Shown here: positions 1-13,417 of the stretch, piece after piece | Position numbering within the stretch: the first letter of the stretch is position 1 | Layout: each line of letters starts with the position of its first letter | Assembly (NCBI GenBank): GCA_051362555.1 | Contig: CM120640.1 | Location: 20,026,001 to 20,090,000, forward strand | Direction: 5' to 3' | Length of the DNA: 64,000 nucleotides | Source: Lingula anatina | Lineage: Eukaryota; Animalia; Brachiopoda | Notes under the pieces: model-generated | What the model was told of the DNA's origin: nothing | The model's database searches: none | What the model saw: the letters and a program-made list of their open reading frames with translations, nothing else | Translations under genes and position numbers: made by a program

Positions 1-1176
1 TTGAAGGTAGCTGTATGTATGTTATCCTAGGTAAAAACATAGATATCAGTCAAGTAGTAGTTTGTTGCCGACACGACAGAACTGTCACACAATTAAATTT
101 AAAGGTCTTAACTTGGACGATGATTTTATGATTGTCCAGGTTGTGTTAGGTGAGAAATTACACTGCTAAGAGGTGTGCAACATATGAAGCGATGTCGCAC
201 GTGCTCTGCGGCGGTCATTTATTTCTTACTGGCAGAGTGAACAGCTCAGATGGTCATGACCGTCTCTGGGCAGCCAGTTGACAGCGGATAATGGATATTC
301 TTTTAGTTTTTCACCAGTTCAGTTTAGTACAGCTCAGTACCCAGTAAGCCTAACAGTTCTGTACACTGTGTGAATAAACAGCATTTCATATCCAGCGATG
401 ACTCTTCGTCTTTCTTACTCGTGGTCTGCTACGTGGTCTGTAACGGGTGATGTGACGTTTTTCATAGATCAGCTGCTTGAAAATATTCTATTACACTGGA
501 TGATAGTTAGTCAAGAAAAAAGACATTCACGGATTCGGAATGTATTATTATAACTCGGACTCTAAATAATTTTACCAAACTTAGACAAATAACTTGATTT
601 AAAATACAAATGGAAGTTTCTGAAATTTAATTTGGCCATGAATTCACCAATAATGACGATGGGTGTTAGTTCTGTTGTTAATTGTAAAAGGGTGAAATAT
701 TCAAGAGACTGCAATTTAAATGTTGCGAGGAATAATAAACAATCTGAAGACTGACTTGATATTTATTTTGTAGCCTATGCATGATTCACGCGTCCCGCAG
801 TAAGGTCCTACTCATATAATTCAATTGCATGAACATTCGCTTAGAAAAAATTTGATCGTAAAGGAAATTTGTGGGTGTCGTGAAAGTTTTCAAAGACGTC
901 ACGTTTTCTCGAAAAATTGATACGAAATTAATATGGCAGGAGTACAAAGTAAGAGATTTGAAAGCACTTGAAGCAGAAAAGATAAAACTGCATTTCAGAA
1001 AAAAAAATTGTGGCGTATGCCCATTAAGTCTTGATAAGAAAAGCAAACTTCTTTCCATCATCTGGTCATACATGTATTCTGAGGGCGTTGATTTATTTTT
1101 AAACTATGTAAAATCGTGTAACATTATGTGCACGACAAACAATGACGACACCATGTGTTTCTTTTCTGCTAACAAT

Positions 1177-1771
1177 CAGGGCCGTAGCCTGAGCGAAATG
1201 CCAGGGGGGGGGGGGGCAGTAGGTGGACACGAGGGGGCAAAGCCCCCTAGGTGGGAGGGGGTGTCCCCCTCCCACGGTGGGGAAAATTTTTAAAAACTGT
1301 ATGTATAATACTGCATTCTGGTGCATTTTAACTGTTATTTATTGCTAAATCGGAAATCAGAAATTGTGGGTTCATTTTGTCATAAGTACAGTCATTTTTT
1401 CAACACAACACTTCATTTCGTAGATTGTCTCAGGATCAGGAATAACGTTTCAAAACAGCCCTCCCAGCTTTGTTGGGCAAACACTCAGGGTGAACAATAA
1501 CCTGATAACAGCCTGGGGGATAGCTCCCTAAGGGAGGGTGAGCTTTTTTGGCATGAACTGAGTTGGCTAAAAACAGTACACCTTTGTAAACAGATTGTTG
1601 AATGATTGTTTGGTGGCCATGAGTGCATTTTCTCACAGAATTGATACCAACTTTGCAATTATTTTTTTTTTACCTTTGCGATTATTATTATTATTATTAT
1701 TATTATTTTGCACCTCAAATCCCAGGGGGGGGGGGGGGGGGGGCAGCTGCCCCCCGGAGGCTACGGCCCTG
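1177..1771. mobile_element. Non-autonomous DNA transposon (MITE), 595 bp, hAT-like termini, 5-bp TSD
   Basis: Perfect 14-bp TIRs: CAGGGCCGTAGCCT at 1177-1190 and AGGCTACGGCCCTG at 1758-1771. Flanked by direct ACAAT at 1172-1176 and 1772-1776. Poly-G tracts near both ends and an internal hairpin GTGGGAGGGG..CCCCTCCCAC (1251-1275). No transposase ORF. The superfamily call (CAGG- ends, hAT-like) is inference. Confidence 0.85.
1681..1707. repeat. (ATT)n microsatellite inside the MITE
   Basis: Direct reading: about 9 ATT units. Confidence 0.9.
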
Positions 1772-2212
1772 ACAATACTGTCTTGCCTGTCGCTTTATCA
1801 GTTTTTATCATTATTAAAGAATTAGTATGACAATATAAATGACAACGGACCTAAGCAATCTACGTGATAGATAATCGATCGATACCGCGAAATCAAATCC
1901 CAGATTTAATTAAAACATTTTCATTAAAAAGAGACGTGATTGTTGTTATCATGCCAACGGACTAAAAATAATCCTTTCGTTGACAACGCACGGCAAGAAA
2001 AACTGCATTGCTGCTATCTTTTGTAACGGGCTACATCTTTGCAAACGGTGTATAACACTAATCTATGTCACCACACCTCTTTCTCCAAGATAGCTCTGTC
2101 TTGGGTGTACTTGAAATGGCGCCTAATTTTACATCATTTATTCACAGTACAATGGGAGACAAAACTGGGTGTGTTCTTTTTACTGTGATTCGGTATATAT
2201 TGGTTGTTGGTA

Positions 2213-2214
<2 letters not shown>

Positions 2215-2297
<83 letters not shown>

Positions 2298-2304
2298 TTT
2301 TTTT
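2215..2304. repeat. (AT)n microsatellite followed by poly-T
   Basis: About 33 AT units to 2280, then a T run to 2304. Confidence 0.95.
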
Positions 2305-2689
2305 CTACCAACAACCAAAGAAGATTTCTCGGCCTGAAAATAATTGTCTCCTAAAGCTTCATGACCCATGGTAGAAGTCAATCTAAACACAATCAGCTCA
2401 ATATTTTCGTTATTCCGATCCTCCCTAGGGGAAATGTGACAGAGTGAAGAATAATTGGAGTATATTTCAGTCGAATCAAATGTGTGAAATTATTTCCTTT
2501 TTGAAATAATATGTATTATGATGAAATGAGCCCCGAGCAAAGAATGACCTTTGCATAATGTTTAAATCTGAAATGTGACAAGCATGGTTCCAGACTTATT
2601 TGTCTGCTTTTTGCTTAGCGCATTTCAGAATTTTGTTAGTGAATAATACTTTCCTGCCGAAGGGCTGGGTGCCTCTGTTTACTGTGTTT

Positions 2690-2820
2690 ACATGGCGCTG
2701 ACGTAAGAGAAGGGAACGTCGTGCAGAAATCCCGCTATAATGTACCAGGCAAGTGACGTAACGACTACAGATCCCTTTTCTCCCTGTTAGAACCACAAGT
2801 GATGGTTATCTGACGCATTA
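2690..2820. promoter_or_regulatory. Possible promoter-like motif cluster (ACTACAnnTCCC, CRE-like TGACG, YY1-like ATGGCG)
   Basis: ACTACAGATCCC at 2764-2775 matches the ACTACAnnTCCC promoter motif associated with ZNF143/THAP11 in vertebrates. TGACG cores near 2699, 2754 and 2811, and CATGGCG at 2691, lie in a locally CpG-richer patch. Motif match only. Confidence 0.25.
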
Positions 2821-3236
2821 GCATCGTTTACTTCGGTAAATTTGTACTGGTGCTTTTGTCTGACTGTCCAGTCACGCCTCCGCGTGTAGAAATTGGGAGT
2901 AAATTGATTCCATAACAGACATCTGTAAATTGGCACACAGACGGACAGCTTCTTCTGGTAACAAGGGGGACTGGCACCACGCGCACATGTTTACACGAGT
3001 GAAAATAAAACAAGTTCTGAAGGCATCCATTTGACGGCAGTAGTTAACTAAAGTGAACTAGGTCCCCCAGTCAAGCAATGGGACACAAAAATTTGTTGTC
3101 TGCTTTTAGGTTTGTCGCCACCCCACTCCGTCCTTTTTCCTTTATGAAATATTGAGTAAAGATTTTTCTTTTAAGCTCTGGTTATTTCTATGCTGAAATA
3201 CTGCAATTGATAAACTACAGGTAGCCCATCAATGCA

Positions 3237-3286
3237 ACTCTGTCGAAGAGACTAACATTCTACTCTGTCGAAGAGACCAACATTCT
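3237..3286. repeat. 25-bp tandem duplication (2 copies)
   Basis: ACTCTGTCGAAGAGACTAACATTCT followed by ACTCTGTCGAAGAGACCAACATTCT, one mismatch. Confidence 0.9.
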
Positions 3287-6200
3287 AGTCATCAACGAGT
3301 TATGTCTCGGGCGTGTCGGTATTTAGCTATGGACTGATAGTCATTCTGTGAACGAGTCTAGAGTACGCCCTGATATCATATTGAAAATTACGTTAAATAT
3401 ACTATCCACCTTCCTAATCGCTACTTTCCTAATAGCTTATAATACAGAACTATTATATAGGCGCTGAAAGCATTATTGTACCGGCAGGTGAGTACAGGCG
3501 ACAGGGTGAGGTGACATGTGGTTTAACAGAATGATGACTTGACACGAACTACTGGGTAGTGTGACTAACCTCAGTGGAAATTGGCATCAGCAGTTTATAA
3601 CTGGAGGAATATAAGCAGAACTAGTACGATGTGAATTTTACTAAGGCTGTTTTGTTATTGGTTAAAAAGTAAATAAATAAATAAAGGCCTGTCGGATGCT
3701 ATGGACACAGGGATCACTCTAAAAATGAAAAGTTGCCACCGACTCGCTATATTGATTCAGCCTAATCATTATTCGTAAACCTTGGTCGATTTTTCCTTAG
3801 ATTAGTAGCTTTTTACCGGAAGGTGGGATAACGTAATCTATTTTACTAATAAAAGTACAAACACTACCTGTGTGCTGAAGGATCACAACATCACCCAAGG
3901 CTATTTGATAAGATAAATGGATAAACTGCTAATATATTAAACGGCTTTCGTGCCAAAAGTTAGAATTTATAAAAATATCATTTTACCACCCTTCACATTG
4001 GCTTGTAGATTGGATACAGACAAATTCGTGCATGTTATTATTATTTTTGTCTTTCATAGTTGTTCATTATTTACGAAATATTTCAAACGACGTTTTGAAA
4101 TAATCAACGAGGACTCTTTTATTGTTAACATTCTAGGGGCGTGAACTTTGATATAAAAACATAAAAGATAATGAATTCTTTATGAAAAGTTATTGAATGC
4201 ATTTGTATATTATGTTAGGGTTTGTGACAAGCATTCTTTTATTGGAGATCTTTTAAATATTTGTTGACCGATTTTTAAGGAGAAAAATTTGGGTAAAAGG
4301 GATGTTATTTGTGGGTTGAACCGCCGAATTCGAAGTTCTCGGATTGCACTGCGACTTGCGTGCAGGTTGATTGTTGAGCGCACGATCAGGTCGCATTCCT
4401 GTGACGTGCGATCGTTTAGGGCTGTTCATGTTACCAGGTCGATATCTTCGTCGTAATTGCCATTGTTCTGCGTATTTGGTATTGTTATCATTTTATATGT
4501 ATATCACTCATATCAGAACGTGGTCAAGGCCTCCATTATCGACTATTTTTCATTTGTCTTTTTCCATTATATAAATCGTTTTAAACTATGTCCAGTAGCA
4601 CTACGCTGTTCTGTTCAAGTATTAATTGTGACACCGACACCGCGCCATTATGCATAAACTAGAAAAATGCAATGATATATGTTGACAAAAATTGCTTGTA
4701 AAGAGATTTAGATGGACAAGGGCCAAAATGTGGTTGCCCTCTGGTCGTATGAATATTGTTGCGCCTTACAATGGGTCAGTGATGATGAAGGGTCAAGTGG
4801 CCAGATGGGTGAAATGTCACCACCCTCCCACGGGCCGAGTGTAACGCGTGCCTGTTATTCGATAAAAAAGAAAGTAGGCAACAAGTTGCTTTTATTTAAA
4901 AGCAAAGAACAAATTTGCAACATGTTTGCTCATGGCTTTAACTTCATTATGGCGTGTGTTGAAGCGACTCCTTATACCGAAGAGTAAAGGTTAAAAACAT
5001 AATGAAAACTACACCGTAATGTATTAGATTGTTCTTTAAACAAGCTAAGAAAGGGAAACCGCGCCTGGCAAGCTTTATCTTTGAATGCGCTTACTGTTTC
5101 TTTTGAAAACGTATTCGTGACGGTGTATCAGTATTTCCGATTTCAAACCTACGTTGTCTTCCATGGCTGTACGTTGTTAGGTGTGGGACCCTTTTAGCGG
5201 CCAATGAACAGCGAGATTTTATATTGCATCCCCCCGCACAGATGTAAAGTTAAATAACTGCATATTTGCAGGGAAAAGGGCAACTAAAGCACCTATAGTA
5301 CATTTGTCGACACTTTTGCTCAAGTACAAAAACTATTTAGTATTTGTTCATTCATTTAGGCCATAGTACTAAGGGTCAGCCTTTGCTGATATTACTTTTA
5401 TAGACGATTTCTTATCTTGACCATGAACCAAGAGGCTGCGAGTTAGTCCAGAAAGAAACGACGAACCAAACCTCGTAGGAGTACCTGTTGCTTTATAGGC
5501 TCCACGTTAACATGACAGATTTTTTTCGATGAAGAAATCACAAGGGCGAGAGAGGAATTTCTCCAGATGAATTTAGTTTAATTGGAAACTACGCATTTGT
5601 CACCCTCTGGGGATAACACATACAAAATAGGGGGATTTGCACAACGTCCCAAAGGCGTGGGCCCTCACGCCCTCTCACAACGCACAGGTAGGGAATTATA
5701 CTATAAATGAATTTGTGTCAGTCTGTCTTTTTATTTTTGTGACTAATTCGAATTTGCTTACACTTGTGGATCGCTACTTTGTTGACTGATGATAAATAAG
5801 AAAGCGCACCAAGATATGGATAACGGTACGGGACATTTATTACACGTTGTAGTTGGGATTCTTTATTGATGAAAATGATGAAAAAGAACGTAAAACACGT
5901 TTTGTTTCTGGTGATAAATGAATAGACCAAAACATCAAAATGAACTGAACAAAACTTACACACCAGGTGTGGATAATACGTTAACACGAAACATATTGAC
6001 ATAAAGCGTTGTTTTCGTATTTCAGGAAAAATAGTGTCTTTGAAATGTACTCGCGCGTGTTTATTTATCGATATTTGTTTGGGACTTCCAACAAAATATC
6101 AAGTGCTGTCGGTGGTTGCGCATTGTAAGCAGTATTGTGGAAACTTTCATGGAGCAACTATTGCTTGTCTCTAGAGTACACAGCTCTGTCTTTCTTCGAT

Positions 6201-9027
6201 AGCGATGGTAGGTTCTAAAGTCAGCATTTGAATCGTGAATACATAATATATTAATATTGGGATTATTCTGTTCAGCTGAAGACAATCATGTATGTTCGAA
6301 ATGCCGCAGTTACCAATAATATTCATCTCGGCGTGAAAAGTCAACAGCAGTAAAACTGTCCTTCAGTCTGTAGATAAAAACCCATCTGGAAACATGGACC
6401 ACGATCATCAAGAATTCGTACAAAGAAGACTTTTTTGCAACGTTTTATTGGTGAATGGGCAATCTGTTTCAAAGCATTTGGGTGCATGGTCCTATTGCGG
6501 CAAGTCAGGCTAATCGAAAGTTTTGTTTTGGAATGTGTATACTATAGTGGGAACAAAAAGCACGCACTGGCTTGTCATTGAGGGAAAACCACCTATTGAT
6601 TCCAGATGAAAGTTAGTCTGGGGAGGTTAGCGCTTTGGATGAGCAGTCACCGAATTGGTCATTTAACGCACTGACCATTCCGCATGGCTTGGAATTGCAT
6701 TTAATTCGCGTATTGAGTAAGTTCACTGCGATTTGTATGTCTTGCAGGTGTCGGTCGCTCTGCTCATGTACCGGTATACGCCTACATTCACTGCCGCAAA
6801 TAATGTTGATTTTGCGTACTTCAAGTTGATATGCATGTGTGGCTCTCTCCACAGTTGGGCCCATATTACAAAAGTCGGCTGAAAGAGAGATTTTACGCTT
6901 AATCGAATTATGTTATAATCCTCCCTTATCATATCATGCGAAGTATTACACCACTCTGAAAATATAGAATGTTTGACATAGCTGGGGAATAAGACTGTGA
7001 GACTAAATGAAAATCAACATAACCTTATGTGAAGCAGTTTTTCAAGTATATACAGGTGTGTCCATGTCCCCATTTTCGAAATTCGTCTTATTGACTGATG
7101 TGACCACCTTAATATTGGCCCACGCCTTGTTGTGCATTGTCATTTGAAACAAATGGTAACGTTATTTGACAGTACAGTTTAATACTTTGCGTTTGGAAAA
7201 CTTAAGTAGCTTGCAGGGCATTTTAAATGAAATTACTTGGACATTTAAAATCTGAACAGTCTTAAAAATGTTTCGATGCAAGCTTGAAGGTGCAAAAGAG
7301 GTAAAACCTAAAGGCTGCATTACATTGTAAATCGCAGACTTAGGGCCTTGAAAAGAGTATATCGATAATTTCTCTCTTACTCATTGTATGGAAAAGGACA
7401 AAGAACAGAAGATCTGCATGATAGAGTGTATTAGCATGCAGCAAGAAGGGTAGGGGTTATCCATTCCATCAGAAAAGAAAAAAATTAAGGGATAAACGTT
7501 TTCGACTCACCACGCCCAATTATATAAAAAATGTTTTCGTTCACGGTTCATTTCTGGTGCAGGTAAATTGATCAAAACGTAAACAACCCGACAAGGACAC
7601 CTGGTTGCTCTACTCAGGCAAGCGATATTTATTAATGGACCCGGAGGCTTCATCTATATTATTAAATCACCCCCCCCCCCCTCAAAAAAAAAAAAGAAAG
7701 AAAAAAGTCCAATTGCTATTCATGAACACGCATTTTAAATGTAGCCTGGGGAAATAAATTCGTCGCATAATAGCAACTATGGTCAGGTAATAATACCTGT
7801 TACACAGCGCTTTGATACGGTTAAATTCACGGTGGAAGTAAAGGGCTTTTTTCTATTCATTTCAAACATGATGTTTCGGGGTTAACTGCCTGTGTTAGCT
7901 CCTAAAAGAAAATGTGCTTAGACTGAAACACGTTCATCAATTGTCAGCATAAGTGTAGTGTTGAGCAGAAACGCTTTTACTGACACGTCTTGAATACTCA
8001 GTGCGTGCTTCTTACATTTGATAATGATTCAAATAAGAAGAAACGCGTGGGAAAGGGTTTTCATAACACCGATTTAAACGCAAGTGCTCATGTCGGACCT
8101 GAAATACCCTATACAAATTTTTCCTAATTATGTTAAGCATATAAGATTATACCTCCGCGTTTAACCTGAAATGAACGATACGGTGAGTGAAATATTTTGA
8201 ATAAGTTAGTCAGTAACAGTCCTGCACCATGGGTAAAGGTTTAACTCTTGTTGAATTTTTAAAATTTTTTTTTTTAAATTGGAAATGAAAATATAGAGAC
8301 AAAACGCAAAACCCGAAAAGATAACATTGTATCTTGGCAAATAAAAATTTAACAGTGACTTATGTAGGGTAGGTGGTTGATGCGCAAGGTCTATGTTACC
8401 TTCCTCAATTTTGCTTCTCCCACTCCACCACCCCCAACCTTTCAGCGACTGCAATGGCTCGTGTACGTATTGCGCGGTTTTCTAACTACCTACATGTATA
8501 CTAGTATTTATATGGACTTGGGTCATTTACATCTAACTTGCCATATGTTGGATCCCAGACTTAACTGTTATAAGAACATTTGTGTTTGTGATGTATAGGA
8601 GGAATATGTTAAAAATACCAATCCATCGTGTGAATGAAAAAAAAGGGCCATACCTCAACTCACTCATATTACACCTTGTAGGTCTGAAATATACAATCAT
8701 TTCTCTCATCATATACTTGTATTTAAAACCACGCCTTCACTGTAAACAACAGTGTGAAACTTGTTTTCTGCATGTAAAACATAAGAAAACTGTGCTCAAA
8801 TCATGCCCTATCTCACACCTATTAGGTAGTGTGAGTGGCGTCCACTTGAACCAGGCACATGCCTTTTTTCATTGTTCTGGCATACATTTAATTACGGATA
8901 TACCTCTCTCCCTAAGGCGATGGGTGTCACTTTTCAAAAGGAAGCAGCATTTACGATGCGTAATGATAATCCGAAGCAACCACCCTGAATTTCAGAACAC
9001 CTTGGAAAACGCTCACTTTGGGGCTTA

Positions 9028-9060
9028 CTTAAGCCAAGAAGTTATAACTTCTTGCTTAAG
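9028..9060. repeat. Near-perfect 33-bp palindrome
   Basis: CTTAAGCCAAGAAGTTA|TAACTTCTTGCTTAAG is self-complementary apart from a 1-nt bulge. Confidence 0.85.
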
Positions 9061-12000
9061 CAGCCATTCACACAAACAGTGACGGAAAGTGCAGGGTAAG
9101 ATAAGTCACCGACGGTGCTGTGAGGCTCAAAAGGCCGCTATGTGACTGATACTTGAAAAGTGGTTGCTCAGCACGAAGGTACATCTACGCGACACAGTGG
9201 TACCGATTATCATACCTAGCGTCTCAGTTACATGTTCTCAGTTAAGAACACGACCTATAGGATAAATCTACCTCTTACCGTCAACGCAGTGAAATAATGT
9301 GCTCCCCAAAGCAAATTTGAAGTTTAAACACTGGTTGATATGGCCATCCTTTTGTGTGCTTGATTTACGGGGCACTTACAACCTGCCAATATTTTTCACA
9401 CGGCAAAGTATAAAAGGGGTATAGATTTCACTATATTTCATGATATCGACTGCTTATTTTGTTTGTAAGCGTCAAAACAGTGTTTAGCAAACCTACACTA
9501 ATATAAGAATATAAGTGCTAATATAAGTGCTACATGTATAGGGAGCAATCTAAAATTTTCAAGAAACCCGGAATCAACGCTTGGTAAGTACATGTAGGAC
9601 GTTGGAGCGTGCTCGTGTCCCTTGCCTATAAACAATTAATATTAATAACTGTACACTTTGACAAATACTAAATCGTTTTTTTCGTCCAAGCTGTACACAA
9701 TAATTTGATATGTTAATAAGGTTGGTCCGCGTTTTTCTCAAAGAAAAGTAATCTTACTTTTTGTATTGCCAAGTCTTAACCTGTCGTGTAAAAGATAAAG
9801 AGCACATAAATTTTCATTTTGATTTGGAAAAAAACTCTTCATCTCGGTGCGTGTTTGGGCGAGTTTTTTAAACCCTTTGTGTACTCCATAAATGCAAAAC
9901 GTATTATAACCCAGGATCGAAAAAGATGTAAATCACTGGTGAATAGGGACACTGATGCAATTAATGTACTTGATCTGGAAATACAGTTTTGACTGTTTCC
10001 GTCATATCAAAGTTGCCGTTTACACAGTAAATCTCATTGTTGATTTGTAAATACACACTTTGATAAACTTTCGTTCCTGCTTGTAAGATGTAGATTGGGA
10101 ATCAACTCAATCAGTTCAAGTCAAGTTCAGATAAGTCAAGTTCAAACAACACGTTACAAAATAACGTCATTTAGAAGCTGATAAATTTGTTCATTATTCT
10201 TTACTGGATTAACCGTAGAAAAGCAGTGCATGTAGCTGGCTGTTTACCCTTTACAGGGGTTCCAGATTGATTTTTCACAAGATATCCACAGACGTGTCTA
10301 TGGCTAATTATGTGCACATTTCTGCACTGTATCCAGCGATAATTTTCGGATTTTTTGCACAAAATTGGCTTCATCACTGAGGTGGTCTCTAACAGAGAGT
10401 ACTGAAAGTCCAAGATCTTCGTTTTTCGCCCCAATCCCCCAATGATGAATTAAAGATGGCTCTTTGGATCTCAGGACGTAACTTTTCTCTTTGTCTTTTC
10501 GTGTGTATGGTGGGTGGGTTCACTTGTTGTCTTGCATCTACCGGTATGAAAATGTCATTTCATTGAAGGTTCTTTGAAACCGGTAAAACTGGTACGCTAA
10601 AAACGTACTATTGTCTGACGAAAAAAGTTTTGTAGAGCAACATATTGAGAATATGGAATGGTAGATGAATAAAGGTGAAATATGGAGACCCGACGTATTC
10701 TAGAATAACAAATACTTTACACGCCTCAAGTCCTCTGATAAGCAGCTGGTCTCACCGCTTGCCTAAAATTGTTCATGGTAGATGCTGATCTAGACATCAC
10801 AAATAAGGGTTTGGGTTTGATATCAATAAAGGTGGTTGAATTTTTTTTACAATTGTCTGGGATTTCATCCTACAAGTTCGAGAATCTCGAAGAGAAAACT
10901 ACTAGTAAGGCCTACTCAGTGACTGTCTTAACGGAAAGAAAAAAGACAAGATGGCAATTTTTCTTTTTTTATAAGAACCACGTACCTTGTTACTAAGATG
11001 GGTCATTAAAAAACGAGAAAAATAAACACAAATGGATAGCTGTTTCGCACAAGTGGATGGGAAACTCTATCCAGACAATGATTTCGTTTAGACTAAGTGT
11101 CATTTAACATATATTATTATCGAAAACGACAACAAAAGTCCTCAGCTTCACGTGAATCGATCAAAAGTTCATCTACGCACTGTAAGCGTTTTATATTGGT
11201 ATAATAGCAGAATGCTGGACAGAAAAACAACAACGACAACAATACCGACGTCTGTACAAGAGGGTAAAAATAAGCGTGAATTAGACTCTACGTAAGCACA
11301 TCTGTTATTTGTACAGCGCACGCCTTAGTGTATTAGATGACAACCGCGAATAAACTCATATTTTATTGTATAAGGTCAATTTTATGAGGTCACGGGCAGA
11401 TCGCTTTTATTCAAATATTGACATTTCTTTCATTTAATGTGTAATAATGGAGGGTGGAGCTGATTTTGTGAATAAATGAAATAGGGAAAATAAAAACAAT
11501 TTCAGATTGGCCGTCTAATATTTAAAAAAAACCTTGGTTTTCAATCAGGGAAAGGTTTGAACTGAATATTTTCCAAACCCCATGCTGAAACTACTATGGC
11601 AGAAAGACCACCCCATGCAGTGAAAATATTAGCAGAAAGCGGCACCTTTAAAAATAATTTTACCTCTATTTAGAGAAAACGTCGGATGCGGCCTGTAATC
11701 ACAAAATAAAACGGTGAATTTGCTCTCAGGAAGAAATTTAAAAACCTTACAGATCTACAGTTTGCATTGTTTTCAGCACGGAGTTATATGTAGATTTGCA
11801 ACCTTGTTTTGACTCAATTAAAAAAAGCTTGTTGCACAATTATTGTCAATTTATCTTAAGTCGTTCATTGTAATAGACCTATCACTTGCTAGTACTGTAT
11901 TACTACTTACAACTATTTCTGGTATACTGGTAAAAAATTAATTCAACTGTTTTTATCTCATTTAAGTGTCATTCAGTAGAAAATTGCAGTGTCAAAATAA

Positions 12001-12880
12001 AAAAGCCCTGTAAGATTGGTCCAAGTTGTAACCTACTTTATCATATAAATTAGGGATGGGTATAGCTAAACTGATCAATTGCCAATTAGCAACTGGGCAA
12101 TTTACGTAAAAACGATGGCTGATATAGGCCTAAAATAAAACACCTGTATTTAGTTCAATGTGAGTGTCTGGTCGATCTTCTCTACAAATCTGGTGACTTG
12201 CATGATTGGAAATCAAGATATCAGATGCATGTTGCTGTTTCTACTCCATACAAAATGAATGAATAAATTTATTTTTCACACCGTTCCCTCGGCGAGACAA
12301 AAAACCTAAAAGGCCTATCATTTGATGAAATCGAAAATGCCCCACCTTTCCGCATTTTAGGGATCTTGGTATATCACACTTTTAGTTTGGACAGGTGCCC
12401 AAATTAAGCTACCCAAAATACGAAAAAAAAAAGACATTCCTGTAGGCTAGTAGGCCTACTAGTAGGCCTAGGCCCTACGTTTGGTCATCATGTAGAAGGC
12501 CTACAGATAGGGGGGGCCTATTTTGTTTTTAATCATTAACGAGCCTCAAAACACCGATATAATTCAAGGAAGTGTACAGAAAAATTCATCTTCAATTGTT
12601 TACTACCTTATTTTGAATGAAAAAAATGTAGCCTAGCCTATTCTTGAACGACGCGATCGCATCCGAAGACGCACTGTATTTGCTTGCGCAATAAAACTGA
12701 ATGAGTTGCTTTTTATTGCGCTAGTTGAGAAAACACAGCCATTGCACATCCTCACTAAAACGAATTGTGTTATTCACTAGCCGAATCGTGAATGTGCCAC
12801 ACTATCGCAACCAGAATGTCAGCATACTAGTAAGCCTGTTCTTCGTTGTGTTCCTCTATATCCTCATTTATCTCTTACAG

Positions 12881-13024
12881 AATATCACTGCAGGAAGCGA
12901 CCACAACGACGACAAAGTTCCACGGTCGTCTGCAACAAGGGAGTTGAAAATGGAAGAAGAAGAGCGAATTCATCCAGCCGATGTCAGCTGGTCATCAGTG
13001 TTTTCACAACGTGGGTTTGCCTAA
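12881..13024 (+). CDS. Candidate internal exon (phase 1-1, 144 bp) of the giant repeat-protein gene, encoding a basic region plus the hydrophobic core of a signal peptide/anchor
   Basis: Strong acceptor (ttcctctatatcctcatttatctcttacAG ending 12880) and consensus donor GTAAGT at 13025. Only the phase 1-1 frame is stop-free: xYHCRKRPQRRQSSTVVCNKGVENGRRRANSSSRCQLVISVFTTWVCL. Splicing to 16783 is in frame (A+GT=Ser) and gives ...CQLVISVFTTWVCLSQIVQG-TSATSS. There is no Met in this frame, so an upstream exon is needed. Confidence 0.5.
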   Translation, partial: NITAGSDHNDDKVPRSSATRELKMEEEERIHPADVSWSSVFSQRGFA

Positions 13025-13190
13025 GTAAGTCATATCGCAGTCTACATGCTCACATTTTAAAAGTTATAGAGAATAACTTACATCATGAGGGGATGTATCG
13101 AGAATAATTGTGACAAGAAGAAAACAACAACTAGTGTGTGTGTGTTGGGGGTGATTTGGAAAATAGATGTAAAGGAAAGCATATCATACT

Positions 13191-13257
13191 GTTAAGTTCA
13201 CAAATATAATCCCCAGATTTGTTAAATAACTTTAATGGAGTTGCTTCTTGTACAATT
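13191..13257 (+). repeat. ~67-bp diverged direct repeat, copy 1 (copy 2 at 15784-15851)
   Basis: gttaagttcacaaatataatccccagatttgttaaataactttaatggagttgcttcttgtacaatt versus gttcagttaacaaatataatccccagacttgttatttaattttaatggagttgcttgcttgtgcactt. Confidence 0.8.
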
Positions 13258-13417
13258 CTGCGTGAGAACACGAGATTTTGCGGGATTTGAAGTTTCAAGG
13301 GGCAAGTGTGGAGTGTACATGACTGACGCCATATCGACGAGTGCTCGTTTCGATCTGAATTTTCAAGGATTTGTAACATGATAACACCTGATTTTTTTTC
13401 GAAAACACATTCATGCG

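Noticed and set aside
140-446. Possible solo LTR (AATAAA at 373, TG-rich start, GTAAC end)
   Set aside because: No clean TG...CA termini or TSD could be identified.
4213-4633. Possible minus-strand solo LTR (TGTTAG...TGACA with antisense AATAAA)
   Set aside because: The flanks do not form a TSD and there is no second copy in the window.
7051-7603. Tc1/mariner-like ends (TACAGGTGTGTCC ... GGACACCTG)
   Set aside because: The match is short and imperfect, and the right side lacks a TA.
10677-10712. EIWRPDVF*NN resembling the Cys-loop receptor WxPD motif
   Set aside because: Only about 10 residues, interrupted by a stop, with no splice sites or flanking similarity. Probably chance.
786-11000. 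Short ORFs of 60-166 aa in the 5' flank
   Set aside because: No recognisable domains. Several start at non-ATG codons or run through microsatellites or the MITE. Consistent with random ORFs in AT-rich DNA.
12725-13024. 99-aa ORF with a hydrophobic stretch (LFFVVFLYILIYLL)
   Set aside because: It starts at TTG, and the hydrophobic run is the translated polypyrimidine tract of the acceptor at 12880.
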